DNA of 63,123 bases, counting the filler, from Sphacelaria rigidula (taxonomy: Eukaryota): NCBI GenBank assembly GCA_964200075.2. It is 5 parts of 5 records of this genome, joined end to end, with 100 filler letters (N's around TTAATTAATTAA, not from the genome) between each part and the next. Parts side by side here need not be neighbours in the genome. Positions count along the whole stretch, not along the records: positions 37,940 to 50,482 come from CAXNAA020003648.1; positions 50,583 to 63,123 come from CAXNAA020003649.1; 3 more parts are not named here. One strand, written 5' to 3'. This document shows, in pieces, positions 38,821 to 52,723 of the stretch (positions within the stretch are counted from its first letter, which is position 1; every line of letters begins with the position of its first letter). The notes beneath the pieces were generated by a model. It was not told the origin of the DNA. It did no database searches and saw nothing but the letters and a program-made list of their open reading frames with translations. Made by a program: the position numbers and the translations under genes.

Positions 38821-38890
38821 CGTCTCGAAAGGGATGCGTGGTCAATGGTCAAATGACTAAGGCAAACAACAAATGAGTACGCCCCCCCTC
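38818..38890 (+). repeat. Solo ~80-bp terminal module of the C-tailed element, abutting the hAT transposase exon
   Basis: ctccgtctcgaaagggatgcgtggtcaatggtcaaatgactaaggcaaacaacaaatgagtacgccccccc. Confidence 0.9.
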
Positions 38891-39399
38891 ACGAACGACC
38901 TGAACCGCGGCTTTCTGGCTGGTCTTTGGTGCAAAAAATGGCACACGTAATCGAAAGCAACCATGCCTATTCAAAAGTTTCAAAAGAGTGCCTTCATTCC
39001 AGCACACCTCGCCAGTCACGGCCAGTACTACAATAGTATCATACATAGTGCTGTTCCGTTATCAGTGGGGTAGAGGCGGTATTCCGGAAGATCGGGCGTT
39101 CAAATACAGCGCGCTGGGCGTCTAATGACAATGAAACTTTACGTATGTATAGGTTGGGGCCGCAGGTAGCTTTGCCTCAACAGTATCGGTGGCCCAAGGC
39201 GGTTTGTACGCTGCATACTTGGGATGACATGATTACTGTATTGCACTTGACGCAACAATCGATGCTGTGTGCAGTACACGTTTTGACGAAAAATCTCTTC
39301 TTCAGGGCATGCTTGTTTACCTTCCTTTGTGGAATAACTTTATTATTTTATGCGGCGTGTCTCCCCGAGGCATGCTCGTCCCGTATAAATTCAAAATGA

Positions 39400-40450
39400 T
39401 AGGGCTGTGAACTGGATCAGTTAATACTATCAATCAAACTGGAACTGTCGATTGAACTGGAAATGGCGACGAGGGCGCCAGTTTTTCCAGTGTATTTTTA
39501 GCTTTGCTTTTACCGACTACTTTATATCAATTTTTGTATTACTTGTTTATAACAACGATGCTTACACTATTATGGTACCATTGACTGTACAATTGACGCC
39601 TGCACTTTACAGTTGCAGAGGAATATGGGGTGTGATTGAGACGGAGGGAGCTTCGAAGGCGTTGACGGAAGTTGGTTGCGTCATCAACGCGTGACCCAAC
39701 GGTGCACAGCTTCATGCTTCGTCTTTCGTGTTTCAGTCAACTTTCACAGCATAAGTCTGATGTTCTGTGGTGGTATAACATATCAAATACAGACCGGGTT
39801 TGCCGTAGCCCACTCACTAGTTGACTACTTCGGGTGGTTTCTGCTTTTTTTCGTGTCCTCTGCTTCGTTGGTACCTCGTGGTTCTGCAGTTTTCTCTTTT
39901 TTCGGCCGTAGCGTGTAGGTCGACGGCTGGTGAGTCAAATGAGGAACATAAAAGAAGAATAAGTTGTGATGTGTGTACGGCGGGACGCTTGATGTGGAAC
40001 CGGCGAACGCCAAACCCCGATTCCCCTTTGCCAACTGCACGACGAATAGCGTTTTGAACATGGTGAAGCATATGCTCACAATATCTCGAAGTGATGGAGC
40101 GGATATATGTCAAGGTCTGTCGTATCATCGCTCGACATCCGAGAAAAAGAACAAGAATCGGTACCCCGCGACCACAAAAACAAAGTACACCGCGGTTGGC
40201 TATTCAACTGCATGCCTGTTTATCGGTTCGGACGAGAAAGAGAACTGAGCTCTTATCCCCACATGCTGCCAGCCTTGGCTTCCTTGTTCCCATCCTCCTC
40301 TTCTCACGGCAAGTTTCCGCTGCTACATGCCACAGATGAAAAATATTCGAATCGCTCACCTCATCGGATGCGATTTGGATGTCACCGAAGCCCCTTAGCA
40401 CCTCATTGTAAGCGGTCGCATTTTTTACAGCTATCCATATTTTTGCAGGA
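39400..40450 (+). mobile_element. Decayed hAT-like element, 5' end with BED-finger-like remnant, copy 1
   Basis: Begins tagggctgtgaactgg and aligns with the reverse complement of ~50860-51623. Frameshifted peptide SCDVC...CTTNSVLNMVKHM resembles a BED zinc finger. Confidence 0.6.
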
Positions 40451-40822
40451 AACACAAGCCAAATACCGCAGTATTTCTTGCCCCCCGCGGCGCTCCCGCG
40501 AGGCCCCCTCACCAGCTGGCAAGGGGCGTTAAGGCTCGCGCTTCGACGCTCGCCGCTGATATTTTCTCGTTTCATCGGCGAAGCCGATCAACTGTAAGAA
40601 CATCGATGTATCGCGGCCAGTTCAAACTTCACTGGACAGAGCTGCCACTTCACAGCCCAAAAATGAACGGCCCGTTTATGGTCGCTGGCCGCGTTATCGC
40701 TCCACCCCCTGCTGATAAGATTGGTTTAGCACCACTGGGAGGCGAAAAAAGCACAGTGTCAACCCTACCTTCACGTAGTACCAGCACGGAGTGAGGCCCA
40801 AAAGGGTTAGGTGGCTGTTGAC

Positions 40823-41214
40823 TAGAGCTTGGAAATGGTACCAGTTATAACTGGCCATTTTCATTTTCATGGTAATAATGGTAGTGGTTACAGGACAAGT
40901 TTGGATAATGGTTTCAAACCATTATTTACCGTTACCGGCTTTTATAAGCCGTTACCGGCTACGTTTGCTTCACACAATTCTTCAAATTGCCCCAAGTTTG
41001 ACGTCATTTTTTGCTCTAGTGAAGCCAATTCGCGTACAAACGTGCCTCCGGCACAACGCCTCCAGCCCCCCCCCCTCTGCCGGGGGGGGCTTTTTGGCTC
41101 GCGGCTGCGCCGCTCGATGACCGAAACCATTATATACCATTTAACTGGTTAATGAGTGCGCTCCGCGCAATCATTCAAATGATCAATGGTTAGACGAACC
41201 ATTTCCGAGCTCTG
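40823..41214. mobile_element. hAT-type MITE (392 bp) with 17-bp TIRs and 8-bp TSD
   Basis: TIRs tagagcttggaaatggt / accatttccgagctctg; flanks ctgttgac (40815-40822) and gtgttgac (41215-41222). Confidence 0.88.
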
Positions 41215-41499
41215 GTGTTGACCCCTTCATCGCCCGCGAGCCATTGACTGTAAGTGTTGCATCTATCGTTCGTTTGTTGCCCGTAAGCTTTTCATCGCCG
41301 CCGTGTCTTCCGAAGGTTCATTTATCCATACCTTTTTGAGGTCGGTACCACTTTCCGCGGTATCCAGCCACCACGATAGTGCACGGTAAGGTTTGGATGG
41401 TGACTGATCACCCTGATACCCATTGGTACAGGAAGCAGCCACCACGATGACGTACGGTATCTTGTTTTCTTGAGTATTTCCTTCAGCGTGTGGAAAGCA

Positions 41500-42560
41500 A
41501 CTCACGACTGTAGCTTATACCTAAACATTCGAGCAACACGAGATTGTTCGTGGACTTGTTGTCTGCATAACTCAGATGCAAGCTTAGCACGCCGTCTCTC
41601 GCAGCCGAAAGAAAAAAGACGACAAACTGAATCCTGAGCTACACCCAGTAATATCAAGCACTTGTTGAGTGACCAGAAACCGTGAGCTTCACACAGGTGG
41701 CCGAAAACCTTGACGGCCATTATATTTGCCGCTTGTCGTGAAGCAACGTAACATCTTTCTTCGATCGGCACTTTCAGCAAATACTTCGGGTTCCCGAGCC
41801 AACAAAAATTGGGGTACTGTGAGATCTGAAGGCAATACTCGGCCCTCAGCTTCCTACTGCGATGCTAGATGTTCTGCCACGCATGGTCTCGTCCAAGATA
41901 CTCGCCGCCGCAACTGCGGCGGATTTCCTACTTCCGGGAAACTGCGCTCCGACCCCTTAGAGCACTTTTTGCACCGGCAAGCGTCCGATAGGCAAATCCA
42001 TTTGGTGCAGTACTTGGTGGAATGACGAATGGTACGTGCAATACGAAACCAGCGGAAGACTTGTTCACTTTTTCCGTGCCATATTTTTGCGGGTCATCGA
42101 CATCGGTTCCCAGTTGACAGGGAGCAGTACAATGCCCCAATCACGTGTTTTCGTGACCGCGGCTACTAACGACGCCGATCGGCGGGCATTTGATGCACGG
42201 GCACTGAGAAACACGCATGACTAGGAGAGTATTTACGCGCAGAGGGCGCCAACGGCCAGGTCAGAGACCGCACCCACCCCGCCATAAAAACTGCAACCGG
42301 AGATCCGGAGATCGAACACCACCATATCATCCACAGCATGGCTAATAACATGTTCACCCGCAGAATTCATGGGCATTTGTCGGTATGCCTCACTCGCATG
42401 TTTCCTACCAATTATAGAACGTGCAGCGCCACCCCGAGACCGCCGCAGATGCGACGTTCGCAACATCATATCCTCAAGCACGTGGCCCAGTTCCACTGTA
42501 GGCGCACATGCAGAATCCGTGTCTGCGTTACCACTCGTGGCCCCATTGGGATCATTCCTC
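41500..42560 (-). mobile_element. Decayed DIRS/Ngaro-like (tyrosine-recombinase retrotransposon) reverse transcriptase remnant
   Basis: Peptide DTDSACAPTVELGHVLEDMMLR...KHASEAYRQMPMNSAGEHVISHAVDDMVVFDLR resembles the DIRS/Ngaro RT segment KxDxxxAYRQxPV...VDLRLxFG; frameshifted downstream. Confidence 0.55.
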
Positions 42561-43719
42561 ATCACTGGGAATAAAAGGTCATGAATTATGTATTGCGCTT
42601 TCTGTACTGCACTGTACTCCACGGTGCATAGCACTACAGCACTACAAAAAAAACACGGCACTACAATGCTCTGTAGTGCGCTGTGGTGGATTGAAGTACT
42701 GCAGGTGCAGTAAAAACGCATAGTGTACGGTGCGTAGGATGCCGCAGTGTATGGTACAGTCAGGGTTGTGCCGGCCTACGCACTTTCAAACTGAACCTGG
42801 GTCGATCGTACATTCGGCGGGACAACCTGCGGCCAATCACTGCGACAAAAAAATATCACGGCAAGCCACGTCACATCAGCTTGCGCTATGAACGTTCGAA
42901 CGTCCACTATGAAGTTTTACCGGAGACATTTGTATCTGATCATTATCCTGGGCGCGTGTTTTGTCAAACTGAATTGCTCTGCCATTGGTCGCGTCTAATC
43001 TCACTTTCGATCGCAACCTATAGGCATGCGGGATGGTGCTTCGTGATTGCCGTATCCCACTGTCGATATCTTTTGAACCTCCTGCACATCCACCCTGACC
43101 CCTGATTCCGACGTGCGCAGTAGTCGATGTATCTTGGTTATTGTTTTCTCCCTCCGCAAACCAGTGTGACATACGCTCAACGTCGATATCCAGTGTAAAG
43201 CGCGAAGAACCAAATCATCAATCAAACGGCCGACATTTACCCCCTTGAGCGCCAGCGAGTAATTGTCCTGCACCGTACACCAGGCTAAGCCGGTGTTTCC
43301 AACTTGGCGATCGATTTCAGCCCTTCTTGAGGAAGTGTTTAGCCCCAGAACACTTTTCTTCTAACGAGTAATCAGGTAATACTGTACACACACCGGTTTT
43401 GCAAGCCCCCAACGATCCGGGTACAAGCGACACGCGTTCGCCAATGGTCTGGCGTGCCTGCATCAGCGCCGTTGGGTACTCAAGGGTTGGATGAACGAAG
43501 AGAAGAAAAGTTTGGACATTGCTTCATCATTCTATGGCGACCACGTGTGGCGACAAAAAAGAGGGGAAATTTCTTGGAGGAGGAATGCACGATCTTAGCA
43601 AGTGTGCCCTCGCCAATTCTGAATACCACCACTCAATACCTGTCCGCGCGTGAAATAAAGCATAAATCCGAAAATGACCGGATTTTGAGGAAACACGTAC
43701 AACACCGCGAGGAAAAGAA

Positions 43720-44120
43720 GTGCCCAAAGCGTGTCGATTATCTTGCATAAAGATGGCAGCCTTCAATCAGTTGCTTCATTTTCTGGTATCGCCACTGCCA
43801 GAGAAGCCACGGACGGGTGACACACCGCCTCATTTTGGGTGTCTCGGGATTTAAATACTGCGTCGGACGAGCATCCCCGTTCACGCGAAATTGACGTTCT
43901 CTCACCCCGCACAACATGAACCATCATCATGGTTACCGCAACCAAACCTCTAGCGTGGAAAAAAACGGAAAGCTGCTTAACTAACCTACACGGTGAGGCA
44001 GGCTTTACAGCGTCGTTGTCAACCGACGCTAACCTTCGAAGAGGAAGGGGGGTGGATACATTTTTTTCTTGCCTCAGCTGATTGACCGTTGACGACGCAT
44101 CCCTCTTGAGACAGAGCACC
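43720..44120 (-). mobile_element. C-tailed unclassified element, copy 3 (includes terminal module at 44046-44120)
   Basis: ttgcttcattttctggtatcgccact matches the reverse of ~3807-3832; gacgcatccctcttgagacagagcac is the reversed terminal module. Confidence 0.8.
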
Positions 44121-47100
44121 CATGGGGAAGGGGGAGAGGCGTACCCCTATGGAAGGGAAAAACGGAGCGAAATGTCTTCGTTAGCTTTGATTTCTTTTCA
44201 CGCGACAGCCCTACCCACTACTCCCATTGCCCCTCTTCGTTGACTTTCGATGGGAACACCAGGTTGCTTCCGTTCCATATGTTGTTGGTGTTGGGAGAGA
44301 ACCGACCTGTGGTTGTTGTTCCATAGTACATGAGGTATACACGGCCTGGATATTTTTCAAGAGTAGTACAGCACTTGCACAACCCATATCTACAAGGTTT
44401 GACGTCGTTGGTGCCTTCCTCGATTTGTTGAGCTTGGGAGTCATGGGGTGTACGACAAATGTTGAACCAACGTCCGCCCTGGTCCCCATTACGGGTCGAA
44501 TGTTGGCCTAGCTGGTGTAAAACCCAAGGACTCTTGAAGACCGAACTGAAGATTTCCCTTATAGCACCAGCAGGTTCATGCCCGTCGCCTTATCTGTGAT
44601 GCAATGGCAGAGGCACGGTTGTTCAAGCGCTGCCTTTTGACAGGCCCGCACGCTTACATAAGACACCACTCCTGCACAATTTTCTGGTTTTTTTTCTCTG
44701 CTGCTGATGGTTGACTGTAGGGACCAAACCAAATGTTGAAAATCAATGTTTCTGCTTCCCGTTTCGGCGAAAACGCGCGCTCGACTTCCTGTACAGTCTG
44801 TTTCTTTTCCTGCTTCCGTTTGTTTTGTAGTCGAACCACCGGGGGAGGGAGGACGTCGGTCGTTTTCCGTCGTTTCGTGCGTTTTTAGCACTCTGGACAC
44901 CCCGCGTGCTTCCTGGAGCATACATTTTTTCATCAACTCTTCACCTTGACTGTGGACAACGGACAGAAACTCAAGGACGACCACGTTGACTATACTAGCC
45001 TCGAGGAAAAAGATTATTATTAAGGCTAACCTCAACCGTCGCCCCCGTAAAATGTAGGCCGTGAACCGGCAGGGTCAGTGGGTTTTTGGGTTCCCAAGCG
45101 TTCCGAGACATCTATTCGAGCATGGCTGCAGGCACATGATGGGGTTTGAAGTTAAGCGCCAAAGTTAACCACTTGGGAACACACTGAAACGAATCTGAAA
45201 ACCAGTGTGCGCAATGTACCGCTTCGAAAATACAGGAAAGCGATGTTTATGTCAGCTAGAGCTGCGGACAGGTTCGTGGATGCGGCGGTTGTTGCAATTA
45301 TCAGTGATCGTCCAGTGTTTTACCTCACTTTAAAGTGAGATGAAGCAAGGTAGTTCTCCGCCATATTTCCAGACAGGTTCGGAGATGTGTTCGTCCCTCT
45401 AGTGGTGGTTAGTCTAACATATTCGTGCCGGTTCAAGGATGATGTCATGAGGAAATACAGTAGGCACGTATACATCAACCCCCAAACAAATACTCAGTGG
45501 CACTTGGCAAATATGTGCAGCAGTCAGCTGTATCGGACTTCTAAATGCAGTGCGTGACCTCCTAACGTCGAAGCAAACTGGAGTAAACGTGAGGCGCCAT
45601 ACGTGTTGCGACTCCCTACTTGTGAGCAACTTGCGGCGAATATTCTCTTCGCCGGATCTGAAGACAGGTTGAACGTTGTCGTGGTTCATGTAGTGGTCGT
45701 TGATTTCCGGCGGGTAATCTCCTCAGTTTAAATTCAATGATGGCGACCAATGTCTTGTTCTCGCCAGATCTGCAAGCGGTTTCAAGGATGTATTGCCAGG
45801 TGCATCACACCTCCATTATACACTCCCTGGGCCATTTTCGACTCATTTGACCCCCACACTGTGTCGACGGCCCGCGGTGTACACAAATATATATATCATG
45901 ATACCAATACCTCTCGCATAGTTCGTGTTCGGCATCAATTGTGTCCACAACAGCTTTTTTCTCTTGATGGGGTACGTGGCTAGCTACACGTCGATATATC
46001 CATCGCCACATATGATGAAACATGATCGGGAAGCAAGCTCGTGTCGTACACATGTCGGCATGAACCCACTCCACCTTGATGATGTGAACGTGTTCTACGG
46101 CTACAGTGCTCCCAACTGGAGTATATACCAACATGTGTCATCGAGACCCGGGATGTGCTGTCTTCGATATCAACTTTAGGTATCTAGTGTAAATTTACAG
46201 ACGCTTCGAGGGTGTGAAGTGTTAGCGGTTAGTACGGGATCAAGCACCTCGGTCATCTACGCCGAAAACCGCCGTTATCAACATTCCCACCGTGCAATGG
46301 TACTGTACTGTACCGTATGTGTCTTGGTTCTTAATCGCAATAGGAGATTTTTGCAATTGTTTGATAGTTGGCGATTTTTAATGTTTTCGCCCACCACTCA
46401 TCCCAGCGAGCGGTTAATCCCAACGTTTGAGAGTCGGGAAATACTATGCGTCCTTTTCACATTCCGAAACAAGAGTCGTCTCTGTGCTCAATATTGAACG
46501 ACTTCCGAACTGAGTCGGTCGACACGGGATGTTATTGATCGTTTTTGGTCCAACACGTATTCCTTTTAGGCTCTAGCGCAATTAATGGGTGAATAAGAAA
46601 AGTAAGAATCCATTTAAAACAAAATGAGGGTGATAGGATGTGGTTTACCCGTACCTGTGCTGTCCCGAGCTTGGTGAGGCAATTTTTTTATTTTGGGCAC
46701 TTTTCTGGAAGTGTCCGTCCGTGACGCTTATGAGTCCTGCCGTCGATAGATATTGGGAAAAGAAGCAGGCCGTGCTCAGAACACAGTCCTCAACTGATAT
46801 TTTCGGGGGAATGTGAAACAAGACCCTTGTTTATCAGGGAATGTTATGGACCATTTATGGTCCAAGAAACACTTTTCAGCTATGGCGCAATAATCAGCTG
46901 AAATAAAATCAAGAAGCAATATGTATTGTTTATTCCAATTTCACGAAGTGAATTTGGTTTCTGTTGCGGGTGAAATTTCGACTAACCGTTTTTTTGAGAC
47001 TCCGTTTTTGAGACAGGATTTTTGCAACTTGATTTCTGCGACTCGATTTTTGCGACATTCGTTTTTGCTGCATCTCTCCACGCTAAAATCCCTATCGATT

Positions 47101-48739
47101 TCGTTTTGGGGGGGGGACACTTCTTCAGACAGAAGTCAAACGCATCTTGCTCCGAAACGTACCCGACAAGAGGGCAACATCCCTGTACAAATAGTAGAAA
47201 TGCTAGCGGATCCTACGTTCTGACAGTCTGGCAGCCGGCAAGGTGGTTGTGGTAGGGTCCTTCTAGCGATATTTACTTGCAGAGCACTAGAGCAAAGTTC
47301 GCAAGTTAATATTTCGGCGATTGCCTCACTTGTAGTTCGCCCAGATATTGCGGGGTTTTTTTCACTGTATCACTGAGTAACATTACGTACATTTACATGT
47401 GGAAACGCACCCGAGTCCGTACGAACACGATGTTGAAGGTGTACTGCTATAGACCCCTCCTGAACTTAGAACAAGGTCACAAGACTGCCCTAAGGGCTTC
47501 CTCCCTCACTCGGGCTTGGAGACTTCAAGACAATTGTTGTTCACAAACACAGTCTTCGTTATCGGAAGTAACCTTGCACTCTTTTGGACACACACACTGT
47601 CAAGCAGTAATAGTCACACGCCAGAGAATATCTCGTGACCTCATATCATGATGCAAACCTGATATCCAAACCTCCATGCATCACGCTGCAGCTCCTCATT
47701 CACCTGGACGTGTACTGGAGGTGGACCCCTCTACAGCACCCCCAAAACTCTGCACTACTCGAAGTAGAAGGCGAGTGTGACAAGCAGTAGACACCGACAA
47801 TCACGATCATGCTACCTTTGTTCGCCTGTTAATGACACATGACCATGTAATGCCATGTTCCACGAAGAGAATGATGATTTGTAGGTCGCTGAACAACGAC
47901 GCTTTAAGACAGCGTCTCAATCAAATTCAGTGAAATAGCTGGGTCAACGGCAATTTCCAGTCGTGGCAAACCCACTCAAAGCAAACACGCGAAAATAATA
48001 CCATTTCAAACCGTGGCATTCGATCATATCACGCACTCAAAGCTTGATACCGTACTTTGCCACAAACGTATCCGCACCTTCTGACTCAGTCCCAACGGAC
48101 GTAGATCAGAACAAATTCGCAGTGCCCCTTCCAGATAAATGGGCACACCATCCACATTCCCCTTTTTTCAAATGCGAAACACCGTTCATGTACTTATCCA
48201 AAGACATAGCAAGCCATCAAAAGACGTGGCACAGTCAGAGATCAATGTTTTCGCGCATGATTTATTTCATCTTTGACCTCTGGCAACACTCACGCTATAC
48301 CTGATCACATGCAAGCCGACCCATTTCGTAGTTTCCGCTCATTTTCACACCAACAGCATCAATCACCATCTCCTACAGTCAGTATCCGTTACCGCACAAA
48401 GATGATCCCGCCTTTTTGCACGAACAAGAATATACAAGCGTTATTTCATTCAGCACACGGCAGTATATTGAAACCTGCCTTATTCGAACCCTTGACCAGA
48501 CACCATGCACACCAGTCACACATGAATGCTAATATTTCACTCAAAAGATTCTTTCCAGAAACCACCATGAATCGCGCGTGCCCACCAGGGCAACACAAAA
48601 CACAGATGCAGGAACCACACCACAACCACCTACAATCGTTCACAAAAAACGATCGAGGTAGACAAGTAATGAAGTGCTTCCTCATTCTCAACAAGCAATT
48701 ACACCAGTACTTGCTCCTTAACATGACACAACCCGGCGC

Positions 48740-50340
48740 TCACCACAACATCAAGCACCTCAGGTAATGCCTTCCTTGTAATTCTCCTGTGCTCCTCCTG
48801 AGAAACAGCAGCACTCCGGCTGCAATCTCGTGCAGGACTGTAGAGCGGAATTTCCACTCTAACAGTCGCTCCTCGCATCATATAGATACAGCTACAGGTC
48901 TCATAGCTTTCCCGAAAATCGGTGTTCAACGCCCATTTCACGGCAGATACTGAACCCACCCAGACGTAAGCATCGCGTCTTCCTTCCTGGATTGTGACCT
49001 TCAAGGTACGAACAATGTCACACATCATTCGCTCACATTCACGATGTGACCACCGGAAGTTGGCCACGACGAGTCCGCGATCCATCAGCGCCTTCTCGAG
49101 TACTGTTACCACACATTTCTCATATTGCGATGCCGTACCGCTGCCCCATCCCTCCTGCGGCCCCAGCGCTTTGCATCATGTCAACAGATGCCTCGCCGTC
49201 GCCGCCGCCGTACAAGACCACGCGGGCTCCAACCGCACGAAGTCGCTCGGGTAATCCATCCTTACCAATATGTACTTGAACCGATCTCCTTCGTCCAAGT
49301 CATTATCTACCAGCGGACCACCTTCGCCAACACTGAGGAAATTGAAATGAAACACCTCGCTTGGGCGAGTACCATGCACCACCTCCTTGTGGGAACGGGG
49401 AACTCGTTCCCCCGCCTCGTAAGCACGCAGCCAGCGGAAACAGAACTTCTCGGGCATTGCAATCGACGCTCTCGCCCACACTACCTGCAAACTGCAGTAA
49501 ACGAGCCCGAGCGTCACCAATGTTGCGATGCAACGTGCCAACCACACCATCCTGGCCGGAAAGTATGCGCTCGGCCGAGCCTTTGCCTCCACAGCTACAG
49601 GCTTGAATCTCACCTTCAAGAGCTCGACACGAGCAGGCGGATAACCATGCAGCACTCGCCTGAAAACGCTCACTCTGTCCCGTACAGCCTCACGAATCTG
49701 GCTCTCGTCGCTACCCGGTATGCCCTTATCCGCGGCGGCTTGTACCGCCTCCTCCGGCGCAACATCAAGCTCGGCAAGCTCTTGTTCCGGAGATATGCTC
49801 ATCGCTGGACTTCTCGACAACAACCTCTCGACTGAGGAATTAATGGGCTCCGCCCGACCTCCTGGTTGCTGTGAAGCGTCAACCGCGATACTGACACGCC
49901 GACAGTCCGTGAAGTCAGGCGTGTTCACACCTCGCACCGAAGCGTTTCTTGCACGTGCACAATCACTTGAACTACTGTACACGTCTATGCGCAGCGCCTC
50001 TAGCGTACGGCTTCCCATGATTATCACATCATCTGTACTCGGCATGACCGCGTGTGAACATGGGTCCAGCACAACCGGTCCTGAGCTGGTGTGAAAAGTG
50101 ATTTGGACAGGGCACGTTTTCTGCTTCACGCGCTCAACATTGCCGTTAGCCAGTTTCACCAGCTGTTCACCAACCATCGGTCTAACCACTCGAACATGTG
50201 GACCCATAGCCAGTAATTTCGCCGCTACACCCACTGACATGGCCGTAATTCCAGATCCCGAGTTTATGACGGCCTTGACCGGACAAACCCTCTGTGCCCC
50301 TGCACTCGGTACAGAAAAGTCGGCGAAAAACCATCTTTCC
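48740..50340 (-). mobile_element. Internally deleted Ty3/Gypsy pol remnant (protease, RT start, integrase), related to the 52507-56898 element
   Basis: Protease-region QITFHTSSGPVVL...DVIIMGSRTLEALRID; RT start GYPPARVELLKVRFKP; integrase VHGTRPSEVFHFNFLSVGEGGPL...FKYILVRMD and ECERMMCDIVRTLK...SAVKWALNT. Confidence 0.85.
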
Positions 50341-50422
50341 TTTTTTTTCTACGCGTATACCCTCAGATTGAAACCCTGATACCTCATCCGGTTTAAGCGA
50401 TCTCCACGACCACATCCGTTCG

Positions 50423-50482
50423 CCGCGGTGGCTCAGTTGGTAACCTCGTAACCTTCTGGTGGTTGAGTTGTGGGGTTCGATT
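50423..50482 (+). mobile_element. tRNA-derived SINE head, cut by contig end
   Basis: ggtggctcagttggtaacctcgtaaccttctg...ggggttcgatt matches the SINE head at 31116. Confidence 0.8.
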
Positions 50483-50582
50483 NNNNNNNNNNNNNNNNNN
50501 NNNNNNNNNNNNNNNNNNNNNNNNNNTTAATTAATTAANNNNNNNNNNNNNNNNNNNNNNNNNNNNNNNNNNNNNNNNNNNN
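50483..50582. other. Artificial contig linker
   Basis: N44-TTAATTAATTAA-N44. Confidence 0.99.
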
Positions 50583-50859
50583 TGGCTTCAATGGAAGCTG
50601 TCACCTACACGATCAATTTGGCACATCACTTGATCGCAATGACGTCGTCAGTCCATTGCAACAAAAGATCCCCTCTTTCAGGAAAAACCGATAAGTGCCT
50701 GGAACAGTTTCAGTTCCGGAATGCCCCCCAGGCCTAAAAATGCCTTGTGCGGTATCTCAACAACCAGACCGCCGAATTCCTCGAATGGGGTACTGTACGG
50801 TAGCTGCATGCACAGGACGTGTGTCCACTCTGAATCTAAAACTACGTTCTGAATCTCAC

Positions 50860-51623
50860 GAATATGGTGTTGATAGTGGTAAATAATGCGACCACTCACA
50901 TTGACCAGCTAAGAGGCTTGCACTGCTCGAAAATATCATTTAACGTGGTGAGAGCGATTCGAAAATCATCCATCTGTAGTTTGCAGCAGCAGAGACTTTC
51001 CATGAGGAGCGGAGGACGGGACCAAGTAAGCCGAAGCTGGCAGTACCCTGGGACAAGAGCGCGACATTATTCACATCCGGATCGAAAAACACGCCTATCG
51101 TTGAATAGAATGCTTGTGTATTTTATGATCGCGGGTTACCGTTTGTTTTTTTTTTCGGGTGAGGTATATATCTGCTGTACCACTTCGAGGTGCAGTGTGC
51201 ATGTACTGCATCATGTTCAGAACGCTCTTCACCATGCAATTGGCAATTGGAGTTTGGCGTTCGACACTTCCGCATAAAGCGTCCCACCGTAAATAAGTCA
51301 CACTACTACATTTCTTCATCTTCCTCATTCGACTGACCAACCGCCGACCTACCCGTTATGGTCTATAGATGGAACCCTACTGGACAACAAGGCGCCAACG
51401 AAGTTTGTGGTACCTGTACTACTGTAGAGTGCAGACTTCAATCGTGCAGACTAACTATTCAGTGTTATTTGTGCTAAACTTACCATAATGAAACCATGAT
51501 GAAAATACACGGTCAAGACAAACCCCCAAATAAACTGGACAACTGGCGCCCTTGTAGCCATTTCCAGTATAACTCCAGTTACAGTGGAAATATATAGTAT
51601 TTACTGGTCCAGTTCCCAGCCCA
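50860..51623 (-). mobile_element. Decayed hAT-like element, 5' end, copy 2
   Basis: Reverse complement starts gggctgggaactggaccagtaaatactat and aligns with 39400-40450; peptide ANCMVKSVLNMMQYMHT matches ANCTTNSVLNMVKHMLT. Confidence 0.6.
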
Positions 51624-52506
51624 ATTAATGCATGGGTTCGGTGTACGTTCCCACAGGAGATGACACCATCCAATTTCAACCCACCAGTCAACACACATGA
51701 AGAACGATTCGTTAGGGAGGGGATCTCCCACCTTCTTCGTGCTTACGCAATACAACTCACTTCTACATGCTGTGCTTGCTTGTTCGCCTCGGTCCTATAC
51801 TAGAAATCTGATTGTAGAAAATGCCACAATTACTAAGAGGCCGGTGGTTTTACCACGGCAAGGTCATCAAGGAGTGCCCATCAAATTTCAGCTTCCGACT
51901 CTTTGACGGGCCGTGCAAAGGTGGTCGGCAGCTCAAAATTGCTTCGGACTAGTTTAGCTCGTAACCTGACAACCGAAAGCAACCTATGATTCAACTTCTT
52001 GCTTCTTCCAACCACTTGACCTCATTGCTCCAAACACCCGTTGGTCACCCATGCACTCACGATTCAACTATGTTTCTTTCCGTACTTTCTTCGCTGCACT
52101 TTTCGCAACCGTCCCTTTGTCCTCCTCCCGATGCGTTCGATCTCGACAGGTGCTCCGTGTGCACCATCCATGTCTCTGTATCCCAGGGAACGAAGCTAGT
52201 GCCGAAGGGCTCCAAAGAACATGTCCCCTTCCCCTCCCTTGCGGGTGGCGTGAACATCGGCGTCAGCACTCCATACCACCGCATGACCGACCCCACCGAC
52301 GGTAAAGACAGGGTAAACGCTCCCGCCGACGACTGCAACTGCGTTGAGACCCTTGTCAAAGCCAACGAGAACAGTTCTCACCCTCACTACGAATGCAGAG
52401 CCCCCCGAACCTCAAAACCCCTCTTTGACCTGTCAGCGGGATATAGTGACGAAGACTTCATAAGGTGTCAAATCTGCTTCTACATCACCCGTGCGGAGCT
52501 CTTGTC

Positions 52507-52723
52507 TGTGACGAAAATACACCGTTAAGCTGAGTTGGTAGTGATGATCTGGGTAATGACCGGGGACAATAGGTTGATACCCGGCGTGTCTAGGAGGGTG
52601 CCTTGGAACGGCAATCCTGATAATGTGAGATGTTGTGAAGGCTGACAAGTGACTGAGGCCAGTGTAGCTGGGAAGTCCCTCAACAGCGGTGATCCACCAG
52701 TCCTTCTTCTGGCTGGCGTGACA
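52507..52723 (+). repeat. 5' LTR
   Basis: tgtgacgaaaatac...gatccaccagtccttcttctggctggcgtgaca; direct repeat of 56652-56898. Confidence 0.92.

Noticed and set aside
42880-43300. Second Gypsy integrase remnant (CHTGLRREKTITKI)
   Set aside because: Similarity is too weak to call by eye.
45400-46200. Possible Copia gag/protease remnant
   Set aside because: Only a faint, frameshifted resemblance; not supportable without an HMM search.
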